A stretch of DNA of 64,000 bases from an uncultured Hormoscilla sp. (GCA_963921275.4 OZ001293.3:2144001-2208000); one strand, 5' to 3'. Counted from the stretch's first letter, positions 1-11,383 are shown. The notes: generated by a model not told the origin, from the letters alone. A program made the numbers and translations.

Positions 1-165
1 TAGTACCTCCTCTCGCCTAGGGATTTTTTTCTCTACAGGCGGCAAGGAAGAGGCGATCGCCTCTTCTGCCACCTTTTCAATTGATTTCTCCGTCAACTTC
101 GCCTGGGCTGATAATCGCCGAAATACCGATACAGGTATATCTATTGTTAGTCGGCGTGTAGACAT
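1..165 (-). CDS. Small hypothetical protein, antitoxin/RHH-like N-terminus (partial, runs off the window)
   Basis: Manual translation MSTRRLTIDIPVSVFRRLSAQAKLTEKSIEKVAEEAIASSLPP..., open to position 1. Confidence 0.4.
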   Translation of the reverse strand, partial: MSTRRLTIDIPVSVFRRLSAQAKLTEKSIEKVAEEAIASSLPPVEKKIPRREEVL

Positions 166-337
166 CTTTCACCCCTTTGTATAGCTAAAATGATAATGTT
201 TTTAGTCGGTTAAAACAGATTTTAGCTATTAGCCGGGGGTTTTAACGGTCAGCTAACACTTTAGCTATTAGCCGTTCGCGCCAGCGCGGCGCCAGCCGTG
301 GGTTTTAACGGCCGGCTAACACCTACCTCCAAGGTTC

Positions 338-874
338 TTATACTGAAGGAATATAATCCATATCTTGCAGCTTCTGCAACACTTTTGCCACACTTGCTGA
401 CAACTCTTCTTTGTCAGTCCGGCATTCAATCTCCGGGTTTACAGGCGGTTCATAAGGGTCAGAGATTCCCGTAAACGCTTTAATTTCTCCGGCCCGGGCC
501 CGCTTGTAAAGTCCTTTCACATCCCTTTCTTCACACACCGCCAAGGGCGCATTAACATAAACTTCCACAAAATCCTTAACCTTTTCCCGTACTTCTTGGC
601 GGATCTGCCGATAAGGTGAAATCGCTGACACCAAGACTATCACCCCATTGCGAGTCAACAGGTGGGAGACAAAACCAATCCGACGGATGTTCTCATCCCG
701 GTCTTCCTTACTAAACCCCAACCCTTTGGTCAGGTTCTGACGTACAATATCACCATCCAATATTTCCAAAGGATATCCCTTCGATCGCAGTGCTTCTGCT
801 ACTGCCCGACTGATTGTGGTTTTCCCGGCACCACTCAGACCCGTAAACCATAGGGTGACGCCACGTTGCTGCAT
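338..874 (-). CDS. cysC: Adenylyl-sulfate (APS) kinase
   Basis: WFTGLSGAGKTT P-loop, LDGDIVR, FTGISDPYEPP motifs. Confidence 0.95.
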   Translation of the reverse strand: MQQRGVTLWFTGLSGAGKTTISRAVAEALRSKGYPLEILDGDIVRQNLTKGLGFSKEDRDENIRRIGFVSHLLTRNGVIVLVSAISPYRQIRQEVREKVKDFVEVYVNAPLAVCEERDVKGLYKRARAGEIKAFTGISDPYEPPVNPEIECRTDKEELSASVAKVLQKLQDMDYIPSV

Positions 875-885
875 ACTATTGTTCC

Positions 886-1320
886 TTATTCTTCCTCAAT
901 ATACTCTACTATTTCTGGCAAATTGTCAAGCCTTGGGGTCAGGGAGTTTAAGTTTTGTCCTGCAATCACGATCTTTACCGGGTCAAGATTCGCGATCCGC
1001 AGGATATAATCGAACAATGACGGTTCTTCTACCACCCCTTCAATCCTGAGATCGATGCCCTCTGCTTTTTGTTGCACCCGCTTGAGTACGTCATCGGCCA
1101 GCCCCCGGTAACCTGCTAACATGGAATTTTGTAAATTCCGCAGGGAACTATGACCGATAAAGCCCACCTCTGCTAGGTCATGTATCATAGTACCCATTGC
1201 CTGGGTGCTAATAAAGTACACTACAACTAGCTGAGTTTGCCGCTGCTGCGCCTCTGATATCGCTCGCCACATCGCCTTGTCATAAGCATAGGGATTGGCG
1301 ATCGCCAGCCAAACATTCAT
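886..1320 (-). CDS. Universal-stress-protein-like hypothetical protein
   Basis: USP-like pattern (AISEAQQRQTQLVVVYFI). Probable start MNVWL at 1320 overlaps the upstream stop (ATGA coupling). Confidence 0.55.
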   Translation of the reverse strand: MNVWLAIANPYAYDKAMWRAISEAQQRQTQLVVVYFISTQAMGTMIHDLAEVGFIGHSSLRNLQNSMLAGYRGLADDVLKRVQQKAEGIDLRIEGVVEEPSLFDYILRIANLDPVKIVIAGQNLNSLTPRLDNLPEIVEYIEEE

Positions 1321-2789
1321 GTTACACCCCCCAATCCTACTATTGGCCAATAGAACTTAGCCATTGCTAAAAATATCAAAAATCCGATCAATTTCAGCCA
1401 CAAGCCACGATGAAAGGCTTGAAAGGGAGATACGTAGCCACTACCAATCACGATCGCCATCACTGGCGTACTCACGGGTAACAGAAATGCTATCCCCGAG
1501 GGCAGGGTAACCCCCAAAGTCATCACCCTGGGGTCGAGGCCATACTTGGCTGCTAGGGCTAGCCCGATCGGCATCAGCACTGCCACTGCTGCGGCATTAC
1601 TCATGCCTTCGGTCAAAACCAGAATCACGGCGACGATCGCCACAAAAATAACAGTACCAGAATCAATCCAGCCCAACAAATTTTGCGCCAATGCTGCTGC
1701 TGCCCCCGTATCGCCCAACATGGCCGAAAGGGCGATCGCGCTACCATACATGAGGAAAATGCCCCAGTTAACATCTTCTTCTACCTCTTGCCAATCTACC
1801 AAGCCGAAGACGAAGCTCAATAGCACCCCAAAAAAGGCGACAGTATCTAAACCCCAAGCTTCTCCTTGAAATATCCACAGGCCGATGGTCAGCAGGGTCA
1901 CCGCCGCCGTGCCCAGTTCCCGCCTCGAAATTGGTCCCAGGTCCTTCGATCGCCTCAAAAGGAACTTGTGAGCCGTAGATAGAGAAACAACCGTACCTTG
2001 TCCAATTTGCAGCAGTAAACCATAGGCAACCAGTAACAATGCTAACACTAAAGGGATAGACCAGATAAACCACTGCACAAAACTGATAGATTCACCTGTG
2101 GTACTGCGGAGAACCCCCAAGGCTAAGGGAGCTCTAGCGCCCCCCAGCAGGGTAGCCATGCCACCGATGCCCGACCCCCAACCCAAAGCTAAGAATGCCG
2201 CCAGTCCAAAGCGTCCACCTGGCTTTGCCCCTGCTGCTTGTACCACTTCCAAAACTACAGGAAACAGCATGGCCGTGACTGCATAGGAACTGATTACAAA
2301 AGACATCAACGCAGACAGCAGTAAGATAGAAGTGATCAGAACATTCTGTGCATAACCAAACCGGGACACCACAGCTACTGCCAGGCGCGTACTCAGTCCA
2401 GATCGCATGACTGGACTGGCCAGGATAAAGGCCCCCAAGACAAAAAACACCGCCCGGTTGCCAAAATAGGCATAGGTAGCTTCCGAGGACAGAACGCTGC
2501 TGACAGGAATCAGAAATAGCACCACCAGTCCTGTCACCGCTACGGGTAGGGTGTTAGTTCCCCAGAGGAAAGCCGTCACCGCAAATACAGCCAAAGCTCG
2601 TTTCGCTTCCATCTCTAATCCCGGGAAAGGAACAATGAGGACCGCCCCATAAATAGCGGCGGCGGCTAAACACCAAAGCCAACGGTTTTGGGGCTTGCAG
2701 GATAAACGCAACCAACTGCGTAGCTGTGTCAGGATCTGCATCAAAACTAAATCTGTAATATTGGTTCTCGTAGGGTGGGCAGTGCCCAA
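1317..2789 (-). CDS. DASS/SLC13 family Na+:sulfate/dicarboxylate symporter
   Basis: Many TM helices, GIGGMATLLGG, TEGMSNAAA and FLLPVSTP motifs. Next to cysC. True start may be the Met near 2741. Confidence 0.85.
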   Translation of the reverse strand: MGTAHPTRTNITDLVLMQILTQLRSWLRLSCKPQNRWLWCLAAAAIYGAVLIVPFPGLEMEAKRALAVFAVTAFLWGTNTLPVAVTGLVVLFLIPVSSVLSSEATYAYFGNRAVFFVLGAFILASPVMRSGLSTRLAVAVVSRFGYAQNVLITSILLLSALMSFVISSYAVTAMLFPVVLEVVQAAGAKPGGRFGLAAFLALGWGSGIGGMATLLGGARAPLALGVLRSTTGESISFVQWFIWSIPLVLALLLVAYGLLLQIGQGTVVSLSTAHKFLLRRSKDLGPISRRELGTAAVTLLTIGLWIFQGEAWGLDTVAFFGVLLSFVFGLVDWQEVEEDVNWGIFLMYGSAIALSAMLGDTGAAAALAQNLLGWIDSGTVIFVAIVAVILVLTEGMSNAAAVAVLMPIGLALAAKYGLDPRVMTLGVTLPSGIAFLLPVSTPVMAIVIGSGYVSPFQAFHRGLWLKLIGFLIFLAMAKFYWPIVGLGGVT

Positions 2790-2802
2790 CTTACTATAGC
2801 AA

Positions 2803-4266
2803 TTAAAGGCTAAAGATTTCTTTCAGCCGCGATCGCACCCAATCTACTGGATTCTTGTGGGATTCCGTTTCCGATAATAACCCCATTGCTTGCAGTTCCT
2901 GTCGCCGCTGGGATAATTCCTCTTGATGCTTCGCGATCTCTTGGGCGATCAACTCTGACAATTCTGGATGTTCGTGTAATAGTTTTTCCAAGCCATCCTG
3001 GTCCAGGGCGAACAGAATTGTTTCTTCTAAGGCCCGAGCAGATGCCGTGCGGGGAATTCCCAACATTAAAGACAATTCGCCAAAAAATCGTCCCGAACTC
3101 AGGGTTGTCAGATGCTTATCCAGCTTCTCTAAGAAGATTTCTATCGACCCAGAAAGAACCATATAAAATGCATCTCCTGGATCCCCTTCCCGAAAGAGTA
3201 TCTCTGATGCTTGCAGGCGGCGTCGATACCCCAGTTCGATCAATTCCCTCAAGTGTAAATCGTTAAAGGTTTCAAAGTAACACAGTCCCCGCAGTAACGA
3301 GCTCAGAGATAATGTATGTTGTGCGGGTAACTGTTTTTGTAGTAATTTGTCAAGATTGGAGACATCCGACTCTAGTTTCTGGTATACTTGCGATTGCCCG
3401 GTCAAATCTTCGGGATTCCGCAGCCACAAATCCATTTGCGGGAATGCTATAGTGATATTATGTTGGCGGAAATTATAGTCAATGATAAAATGCAAGGAAC
3501 TTTTAATGGCAAGTATGCCATAGATTTTTTTGACGTACACCCAGAGTTGAAAATCTAAAGAACTATTGCCGAAGCCGATAAAAATCACTCGGGGACGAGG
3601 ATTGTCTAATACTGCCGGTTCCCTATAGGCACTATCTAACAGAGTTTCCGTGACTAATACGGTATCGCTACCATAGGCCACTCCCACCGAAATTTTAATC
3701 GGACCGTGGTAGCGTTCGGCACTCATATTAGTCACCTTGTTGTCAACCAGTTTACTGTTAGGAACAACTAGGTCAAACCTATCCCAAGTCTGAATGACCG
3801 TAGAGCGAAGATAGATTTCTTTTATATATCCGATCAACCCATCAAATTCAATATAATCTCCAGACTTGAGTTTACCTTCCACCAGTAAAATCATACCACT
3901 GACAAAGTTTTTCGTAACGTCTTGCAGTCCGAAGCCAATCCCTACTCCTAAGCCACGGGCTATGACCGCAAAAGAAGCGAGATTGAAGCCAATAGTTTGC
4001 AGGACGAGTAAAAAGGTGAAGCTGCCAATGCCATAGCTGATAATTATAGATATCACTTCTCGGTTAGCCTCGTCAATTCCCAGTCTGACAAGCAGCCTCC
4101 TCTTGAGGAAAGTCTTCAAAGCGCGAGTCAGTCCGATGACAACGAGTAACCACCCGATCTTGATTAAGATATCCAGGAAGGAAAGAGACTTATCCCCAAT
4201 GTTAAATATGGGTTCTGTCAACCAGTGGTATGTTATAATTGATAATATCTGTTGCTTGACGTTCAT
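2803..4266 (-). CDS. MscS mechanosensitive channel with C-terminal cNMP-binding domain
   Basis: GIGFGLQD..NFVSG, VGVAYGSD, IAFPQMDL; FREGDPGD...FFGELSL..PRTASARA. Confidence 0.9.
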   Translation of the reverse strand: MNVKQQILSIITYHWLTEPIFNIGDKSLSFLDILIKIGWLLVVIGLTRALKTFLKRRLLVRLGIDEANREVISIIISYGIGSFTFLLVLQTIGFNLASFAVIARGLGVGIGFGLQDVTKNFVSGMILLVEGKLKSGDYIEFDGLIGYIKEIYLRSTVIQTWDRFDLVVPNSKLVDNKVTNMSAERYHGPIKISVGVAYGSDTVLVTETLLDSAYREPAVLDNPRPRVIFIGFGNSSLDFQLWVYVKKIYGILAIKSSLHFIIDYNFRQHNITIAFPQMDLWLRNPEDLTGQSQVYQKLESDVSNLDKLLQKQLPAQHTLSLSSLLRGLCYFETFNDLHLRELIELGYRRRLQASEILFREGDPGDAFYMVLSGSIEIFLEKLDKHLTTLSSGRFFGELSLMLGIPRTASARALEETILFALDQDGLEKLLHEHPELSELIAQEIAKHQEELSQRRQELQAMGLLSETESHKNPVDWVRSRLKEIFSL

Positions 4267-4527
4267 TGCTGTACCTGATGGGAGTAGAATAATGCTATAC
4301 TAACCCTAATTATAATTGGGAATTGTAAATTGTCAATGGAGCTCCTGGAGTTGGGGTGATAAGTAAAGCTGATAATCACGCAAACTCAATGGTTTCAGCC
4401 TTGACGATCTCTAAAAATTGTATAGAACCATTACATTCTGGCGTCCGTCAGTATATCTGCTGGCGGCCAACAGAAAACTGTACTGATATAAAAATACAAA
4501 AGTGACATACTATCTTCCGTTTTCCTT

Positions 4528-4771
4528 GGGTGTGGTCAAAACCAGTTGGTTGTTGTTGGCCACACCCGCGAATGGTGGGTCGATATCTCAGTACGGGACA
4601 AAAATTATATCTGGAGTCTAAAAAAATGCCTCAAACCCTTGTGGGACAAGCATTTTATCTAAAAATGCTATAACCTGCTCTGTATATGGGTTTCAGGATT
4701 TTTGTCCTGTACTTAGGATCGATATATCGAAGGTGCCCACCCTACTAATGCAACTACTTTTGACCGCACCC
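4528..4771. mobile_element. MITE (IS256-like ends) with 9-bp TSD and a nested second MITE
   Basis: TIR GGGTGTGGTCAAAA / TTTTGACCGCACCC; direct repeat GTTTTCCTT at 4519-4527 and 4772-4780. Confidence 0.75.
4587..4716. mobile_element. Nested MITE
   Basis: ~20-bp imperfect TIR CTCAGTACGGGACAAAAAT / ATTTTTGTCCTGTACTTAG. Confidence 0.65.
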
Positions 4772-4936
4772 GTTTTCCTTCGATCGGATAAGTAGCCATC
4801 TCCTCGAATGACTAAGGGACTGCCCTTAGTTCGGTCCTATTCCGTCGCGCTTCAGCTAGTGTTCGGTGTTATCGGAGCTGTTGGCATGATTGGGAGTATA
4901 TGATACTTGAGACGGGAGCACCAGGGAGTCTATATT

Positions 4937-5401
4937 ATGATTGCGGTTGATTTGACGAAAAAGGTTCGCTGTGTAGCACAGCAGTTTAGTGACAGGTTAC
5001 AGCCTAGCACAGAGAAAGCCGAACAGGTGGCTCTCAATACTTTTGCTGTTTATGCCGTGCATTTCTACTTAAAGAGTTTGCAGGTGGAAACTGATTTGCA
5101 AAAGAGTGATAGCTGGAACCCGGAGATCCATGCAATACTGGATGTGGCTGATTTGGTGGTGAAAGGTCGGGGTAAGTTAGAATGCCGTCCAGTTTTGCCA
5201 GGTGCGACAGTTTGTTAGGTGCCTCTGGAAGCTAGAGGCGATCGCATTGGTTATGTAGTGGTACAGGTTGATAAAAGGGCAAGGGAAGCAACTCTCTTGG
5301 GGTATGCTCAAACGGCAGCAGATGGGGCGATCGACCTTGGCAAGTTGCGCCTGATCGCATCTTTAATCCCTTACCTTTTTTGTAACTACCATTACAGTTG
5401 A
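4937..5401 (+). pseudogene. DUF1822-family protein pseudogene
   Basis: NTFAVYAVHFYL, SDSWNP, GKLECRPV, RIGYVVVQ motifs; in-frame TAG at 5216-5218; truncated. Confidence 0.75.
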
Positions 5402-5610
5402 AAGGCATCATTACTCGATATTTATAACACGATTAAACGGATAATGAAAGAACGATCGCAGTTTTTGAGGGTGAATCGCCCTCTGGCTAGAACCGGTGAA
5501 AGTCTGGCCCAGCAAGCTTGCCGGTTAAAACCGGAGCAGTCAGCTGTAGGACTTGTTATAGAGGGCGATCGGGTGTAAGATAAGAGATACTGTCGAATGA
5601 TAACCGATCC

Positions 5611-5808
5611 ATGCCCAAACTAAAAACCCGGAGAGCAGCTGCCAAGCGTTTCAAAGCCACCGGCAGCGGCAAGATTTTCCGCCGCAAGGCCAATAGAAAT
5701 CACCTGCTAGAGCACAAGGATGCCCAAAGGAAGCGCCGTCTGTTTAAGAAGACTCTGGTGCATGAAAGCGATGAAGAAAACGTGCGCTTGATGGTGCCTT
5801 ATTTGTAA
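5611..5808 (+). CDS. rpmI: 50S ribosomal protein L35
   Basis: [21 protein letters not shown]. Confidence 0.97.
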   Translation: MPKLKTRRAAAKRFKATGSGKIFRRKANRNHLLEHKDAQRKRRLFKKTLVHESDEENVRLMVPYL

Positions 5809-5841
5809 ATTGACTGGTGACTGGTGACTGGTGATAACCGG

Positions 5842-6076
5842 AGATCCCCCCAACCCCCCTTAAAAAGGGGGGCTTTTCCAGTTCCCCTCCTTAGCAAGGG
5901 GGGGCTAGGGGGCTTACAGGGGTATGTTTTTAAGGCACCTACGAAAGAATGAGAGTTTCAGCGCTCTCAAGGAAGCACCTCCACAACGTAAAATTCAGGG
6001 TTTCAGCCTGCGCGAGTAGTTGTGAAGGTTGCCAAATCTAAAAAACATACCCTTGAAAGGGGCTAGGGGGGGATCC
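5842..6076. repeat. GATCCCCCC/GGGGGGATC palindromic repeat with nested ~139-bp MITE (5917-6055)
   Basis: Outer inverted ends; inner TIR CAGGGGTATGTTTTTA / TAAAAAACATACCCTTG; lies between rpmI and rplT. Confidence 0.6.
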
Positions 6077-6137
6077 TAGGGAAACATGATGACCCAAACG
6101 GACAAGACAACTGATAACTGACTAAGGACAACTAGCT

Positions 6138-6497
6138 ATGTCAAGAGTAAAACGGGGCAATGTAGCACGCAAGCGCCGCAAAAAAATTCTCAAACTGGCA
6201 AAAGGATTTCGTGGATCTCACTCAAAACTTTTCCGCACCGCAAATCAAAGGGTGATGAAAGCCTTGCGCAATGCTTATCGCGATCGCCGGAAGCGGAAGC
6301 GTGATTTCCGTCGCCTGTGGATCGTGCGGGTAAACGCAGCAGCGCGGAACCATGGCATGAGTTACAGCCAGATGATGGGTAACCTGAAGAAAGCGGATAT
6401 CCAGCTGAACCGCAAGATGCTAGCTCAAATGGCGATTCTGGATCCAGCTAGCTTTGCTAAAGTGGTGGAAGTAGCAGCCCAAGCAAAAGCATCCTAA
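6138..6497 (+). CDS. rplT: 50S ribosomal protein L20
   Basis: [26 protein letters not shown]. Confidence 0.97.
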   Translation: MSRVKRGNVARKRRKKILKLAKGFRGSHSKLFRTANQRVMKALRNAYRDRRKRKRDFRRLWIVRVNAAARNHGMSYSQMMGNLKKADIQLNRKMLAQMAILDPASFAKVVEVAAQAKAS

Positions 6498-6560
6498 ATG
6501 GTTAACTGGGGTGGTTCGACTGGCGGAGGCGAAGTAAGAGAGGGACAATATCGAGGCTTT

Positions 6561-6615
6561 CGGCGTCTTCCGCGTGCTCTTGTCCTGAAGGACGCGGCAC
6601 ACTCCAGACACCGCC
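6561..6615. repeat. ~55-bp dispersed repeat, also present inside dnaX at 28096-28174
   Basis: Reverse complement matches the dnaX segment except for a 24-nt insert there. Confidence 0.7.
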
Positions 6616-6701
6616 CCGTGATTATTGTATCCCTCATGCTTTGTCCTGCCTCACAGTTGTAGGATCTGAGGCATTGGAAATCAGGAGTTAAAGTGTAAAT
6701 T

Positions 6702-7664
6702 GTGGCTCCAAAATCGCAGATCTCCGATCGGATTACTGGCTTTCTGTGGGCGATAGCCCTGATCCTCTGTCCGGTAGCCATTACAGAGAGGCAGAATATA
6801 GCCATTCCGATGTCTCGGGGTGAGGTGTCTCCTGGGAGCTTGATGTCAAAAGGACGCACGGCGAAACCCGAGGGACATCATATTCGCACTACCCAGGAGA
6901 CACCTCGCACTACTCGTACTACCCTCGAGACATCGTCCGCAGAACTAGAAGCGATCGCCCAGCGGGGATATTTAATAGTAGGGGTAAAGGACAACCTGCG
7001 TCCTCTAGGGTTTCGGGATGCTAGCGGTAATTTACAAGGACTGGAAATTGACATCGCCCGGCGTCTAGCAGCGGAACTGCTAGGGAGTCCTGATGCCGTC
7101 AAATTGCAGCCCCTAGCAAATCAAGACCGGTTAGATGCAGTGCAGTCGGGTACAGTAGATCTGGCGATCGCCCAGGTAACCTCAACAGAACCGCGTTTGC
7201 GGGTAGTCAGCTTCAGCAGGCCCTACTATATAGATGGTACGGCCTTTGTCACCAAGTTAGGGTTCGTCCGACAGCTAGAAGACCTGGCCGGACAGCGGAT
7301 AGTACTGTTGAATGGTGCTAGCACGATCGCCTCCGTGCGGTATTTTCTGCCCAAGGCCCAGCTAGTGGGAGTAGACTCTTATCAAGAAGCCCTGGCACTG
7401 TTAGAATCTGGTGCCGCAGATGTCTTTGCTGCCGATGCTAGCGTGTTAGCAGGATGGGTGCAGGAGTATCCCCAGTACTGGCTGCTACCCTATCTGATTT
7501 CCGCAGAAGCCTTGTCTGTAGTCATGCCCAAAGGATTGCAGTATGATGACTTACGGCGACAGGTAAATCAGGCGATCGCCCGTTGGAAAGAGTCAGGTTG
7601 GCTTGATGATCGGGCCAAACATTGGGGTTTGCCCGTACCCGAGTTGAATGGAAAATCTTATTGA
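6702..7664 (+). CDS. Amino-acid ABC transporter substrate-binding protein (family 3)
   Basis: RGYLIVGVKDNLRPLGF, GLEIDIAR, FSRPYY; start uncertain. Confidence 0.85.
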   Translation: MAPKSQISDRITGFLWAIALILCPVAITERQNIAIPMSRGEVSPGSLMSKGRTAKPEGHHIRTTQETPRTTRTTLETSSAELEAIAQRGYLIVGVKDNLRPLGFRDASGNLQGLEIDIARRLAAELLGSPDAVKLQPLANQDRLDAVQSGTVDLAIAQVTSTEPRLRVVSFSRPYYIDGTAFVTKLGFVRQLEDLAGQRIVLLNGASTIASVRYFLPKAQLVGVDSYQEALALLESGAADVFAADASVLAGWVQEYPQYWLLPYLISAEALSVVMPKGLQYDDLRRQVNQAIARWKESGWLDDRAKHWGLPVPELNGKSY

Positions 7665-8205
7665 ATTATTGCCGCCCATGGATAGTCCATTACCAATTAT
7701 CTATCTCTCCCTATTTCTCAGTTTACTGGGTGTAGCCGCTTGGTTTGTGTTACGGCAGATATTCAAAACTCGCAAAACGGAAAGTTCTCTAGGCAAGCTG
7801 CAAAAGAAGCTGAAAAGCGAGAAAGGCAGTTCAGAAGAATATTATCAACTAGGGTGCATCTATTCAGAGAAGAAAATGTACGCACAGTCTATCAAGCTGT
7901 TTCAACAATCCCTGAAAGTTGAAAAATTGCCCTCCCAAGAGAGCGCTCTCGTATATAATGCCCTCGGATTTGCCTACACGGCTCAAGAACAGTACGATCT
8001 GGCAATTCGCCACTATAAAGAAGCTATTAAGGCAGTGCCAGACTATGTGACGGCGTTAAATAACCTGGGGTATACTTATGAGAAAAAGAAGTTAATCGCT
8101 CAGGCTAGAGAACAGTATGAAGAAGCTTTGAAGATCGAGCCCAATAATGCCACAGCTAAAAAACGGGCAGAATCACTACGCAAACGCTTAGCCCCTTCCA
8201 AGTGA
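7648..8205 (+). CDS. ycf37: TPR protein, Ycf37-like photosystem I assembly factor
   Basis: N-terminal TM helix plus three TPRs (YNALGFAY, ALNNLGYTY). Confidence 0.7.
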   Translation: MENLIELLPPMDSPLPIIYLSLFLSLLGVAAWFVLRQIFKTRKTESSLGKLQKKLKSEKGSSEEYYQLGCIYSEKKMYAQSIKLFQQSLKVEKLPSQESALVYNALGFAYTAQEQYDLAIRHYKEAIKAVPDYVTALNNLGYTYEKKKLIAQAREQYEEALKIEPNNATAKKRAESLRKRLAPSK

Positions 8206-8828
8206 TTAGTTACTTATTTGGCGCAGTAGCCCAAGTCCAGAAAACAACCCCTAATCGTGTTATGCTAATTCTGGAAGTTAACCAGATAGGTTATGAAGTC
8301 CAGATTGGCCAGCGTCTAGCAGCTTCATTGTCAGAGCGATCGGACGCACGGGTGCAAATCTTTACTCATCTGCAAGTGCGATCGGAACAACCAGTGCTGT
8401 ATGGTTTCGCCTCAGGGGCAGAACGGGATCTCTTTCGCCAGTTGGTGAGCGTGAGTGGGATCGGGGCCCAACTGGCGATCGCCCTATTAGACACCCTGGG
8501 ACTGGCAGATTTACTGCAGGCCATTGTCACGGGCAATGTCAAGCAGCTGGCCAAAACCCCAGGGGTCGGTAGCAAAATCGCCGAACGCATTTCCCTCGAA
8601 CTTAGGAATAAGCTGGCAGAGTGGCGTCAGCAGGAGTCGATCCCCATTCCCAGTAGTGCTGCACTGGCACCGGAACTGCAAGAAGATGTGGAAATCACTC
8701 TTCTGGCTTTAGGGTATACTATAGAAGAAGTGGGGCAAGCCTTGCAAGCCCTCAGCCAAGAGCCCCGGTTGCAGAAAAGTCAGGATGCTGAAACTTGGAT
8801 CAAAGAGGCGATCGCCTGGTTGACATAG
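8202..8828 (+). CDS. ruvA: Holliday junction branch migration protein RuvA
   Basis: MISYL, IGYEV, LYGF..ERDLF, SVSGIG, PGVGSKIAERISLEL. Confidence 0.95.
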   Translation: MISYLFGAVAQVQKTTPNRVMLILEVNQIGYEVQIGQRLAASLSERSDARVQIFTHLQVRSEQPVLYGFASGAERDLFRQLVSVSGIGAQLAIALLDTLGLADLLQAIVTGNVKQLAKTPGVGSKIAERISLELRNKLAEWRQQESIPIPSSAALAPELQEDVEITLLALGYTIEEVGQALQALSQEPRLQKSQDAETWIKEAIAWLT

Positions 8829-8871
8829 TACCGAAGTTGGGGATCTTAGAAGTTAAGGGATGAATACAGTC

Positions 8872-10803
8872 ATGAAACTACCTACCTTTCTGATTATCGG
8901 CGTAGAGAAAGCCGGAACTACTTCTGTAAACAATTACCTGAAACAGCATCCTCAAGTTTACATGAGTCCGGTCAAGGAAACCAATTTTTTATAACGAGAT
9001 TGAGAATATGCTGACCTGAGTCAAATTAAACCCAAAGCCAACCGCATCGATACATTTGAAAAATACTGTAATCTATTTCAGGATGTCACAGATTAAAAGG
9101 CGATCGGGGAAGTTTCTCCTAACTATCTTTTTCATTATCAAGAATCAGCTAAACGCATACTCCGTTACGTACCTGAGGCCCAACTGATTGCCATCCTGCG
9201 TAACCCCGCAGAAAGAGCATATTCAGATTACCTGATGCATATCCGGGACGCGATCGGTAATCCCACTAGCTTATCAGAACAGCTCGAATATAAAGCAGAT
9301 AAATCTTACACGCTGCTCAAAGGATTATATTATCAACAATTGCAACATTTTTACGCTCAATTTAATCGGGAGCGAATCAAAATATGTTTGTATGAAGACC
9401 TCTGCGACAAACCTGTAGAATTTATGCAGGCGATGTATAGATTTATCGGGGTAGAGCAAAGCTTTAGCCCGGATATGTCGAAAAAAGATCAAGTAGCGCA
9501 AGTGCCAAAAAATCAATTAGTGAATAAAGTCTTGCGGCAAAAAAATCCGGTCAAAACCTTGGTCGCTACGGGACTGAGAACTATATTACCAGAGTCGGCG
9601 CGGCAGAAATTGCGCTCGACACTAATTAATCTTACAGCTTGTTCAGGAAACAAGTAGAACATTTTTGTGCTAAACTAGAGCTATACTCAATGCAGACCAA
9701 ATTCAGCTATGGGACGTTACTCTCTGGACCTTAGACAAAAAGTAGTCACTGCTTATCAATTGGGCAAAGGCTCGATTCGGCAACTCGCCGAGCAGTTTAT
9801 GCTCAGTCCTGCTACTGTTCATAGTTATATAAAACAAGATCGAGAAACGCAAGATATAACCCCTAAAAAACCCGGTCCCAAACGTCAGGGCAAGCTAGAA
9901 GCCGATCGAGACTTGATCGTGAAGATGGTAAAAGATTACCCAGATTGTCCGGTGAGGCAGTATCGGGAACATCTCCGGCGGGAGCAGGATGTTTATGTCA
10001 GTGTAGGGGGGATGTGTGAGTTCCTAAAAAAAGAAGGCTTAACCCTTAAAAAAAAACTTACCGGGCAGAAAAAGTAGCAACGGAAGCAGGTCAACAGCAG
10101 TGAGTTGATTACCGAGAGCGGGTTCGAGATGTCCCACAGGGAAAATTGATATTTATTGATGAGGCAGCTTTCTGGATAGGGATGAGTCGCGATCTGGCCA
10201 GGAGTGAAAAAGGTAAAAAGGCATTCTATTTAAGACCATTTTATCAGGGGAGTAAAATGACCTTAATCGGAGCAATAAGTCTTGAAGGAGTTGTGGCTAA
10301 AAAAGCAATTAAAGGCTCTATGAAAGGTAAGGATTTTAAGGATTTTATTGAAGATGACCTGGTTCCGAAGCTGAATCCAGGGGATGTGATAGTTATGGAT
10401 AACCTTAATATCCATAAAATGGAAGGGATCGAAGAACTGATAGTCGCTACGGGAGCAAGAGTAGAATATTTACCACCCTACTCACCAGACTTCAACCCTA
10501 TTGAGATGTTGTGGTCAACGGTTAAGTCACTGGTCAGAATGTTCCCAACACGAGCAATGGAGGCGCTAGAACAGTTAATTGAACTTGCTCTGATGCTGAT
10601 TGGAACAAATACGTTTAAGAACTGGTTTACTAAATGCTGTTATTGTACTAATTAAATAGCGAACCTGCTGTAACTCATCAGACAAGAGCCAAACGCCGCT
10701 GTCGCCAGCAGCACGAAAACAACTGGTGGAGTATTATCGTGAAGATATCCTGAAGCTGCAAGATTTGATCGACAGGGATCTGTCATCCTGGCTGATATAT
10801 TAA
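8872..10803 (+). pseudogene. Sulfotransferase pseudogene with internal stops, interrupted by IS630
   Basis: LPTFLIIGVEKAGTTS PAPS loop, ILRNPAERAYS; stops near 8992, 9001 and 9094; C-terminus (YYREDILKLQDLIDRDLSSW) resumes in frame after the IS. Confidence 0.85.
9635..10670 (+). mobile_element. IS630-family element, defective
   Basis: TA duplication at 9633-34 and 10671-72, imperfect TIRs; HTH ORF 9709-10077, A-run frameshift (LKKK), DDE ORF (FIDE, MDN, LPPYSPDFNPIE) with in-frame TGA at 10101. Confidence 0.9.
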
Positions 10804-11108
10804 GCGAGGGGCGCGATCTCAATTTGAGAATTGTTGATTCCCCTCGTTCCCACTGGCGATCCCTGGGAAGATGCAAGAGCCAGCGGTAAGGATAGATAAT
10901 ACAATCTTAAATCACTTGTGTCAAGTGAACTCGGGAGCAGATAGACTTTGTAAATAAGTATTTTGGCTCCTCAACAGAATTGCATCTGAACGGGGACGGT
11001 GTTGACAACTGACAACCAACAACTGACAACTGACAACTGGCATCCCCAGGCAAAAGTGTGATACGATGAGAAATTGCTGAATATGATAAGTAGCCCAAGA
11101 GAGAATCC

Positions 11109-11378
11109 ATGAGTCTACCGCAAGAACAGAAACACCAAATAATGGCTGACTACCAGCTGCATGAAACGGACACGGGTTCGGCAGATCTGCAAGTAGCCGT
11201 ATTGACGGAAAAGATCAACAGGCTGAGTAAACATCTGCAAGCCAACAAAAAAGACCACTCTTCCCGCCGGGGACTGTTGCGGATGATTAGTAACCGCAAG
11301 CGCCTGTTGAGCTACATTAAAAAGCAGGATGCAAACCGCTATCAGGCTTTGATCGGTCGGTTGAAAATTCGCGGCTAA
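11109..11378 (+). CDS. rpsO: 30S ribosomal protein S15
   Basis: DTGSADLQVA..KDHSSRRGLL. Confidence 0.97.
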   Translation: MSLPQEQKHQIMADYQLHETDTGSADLQVAVLTEKINRLSKHLQANKKDHSSRRGLLRMISNRKRLLSYIKKQDANRYQALIGRLKIRG

Positions 11379-11383
11379 AACCC

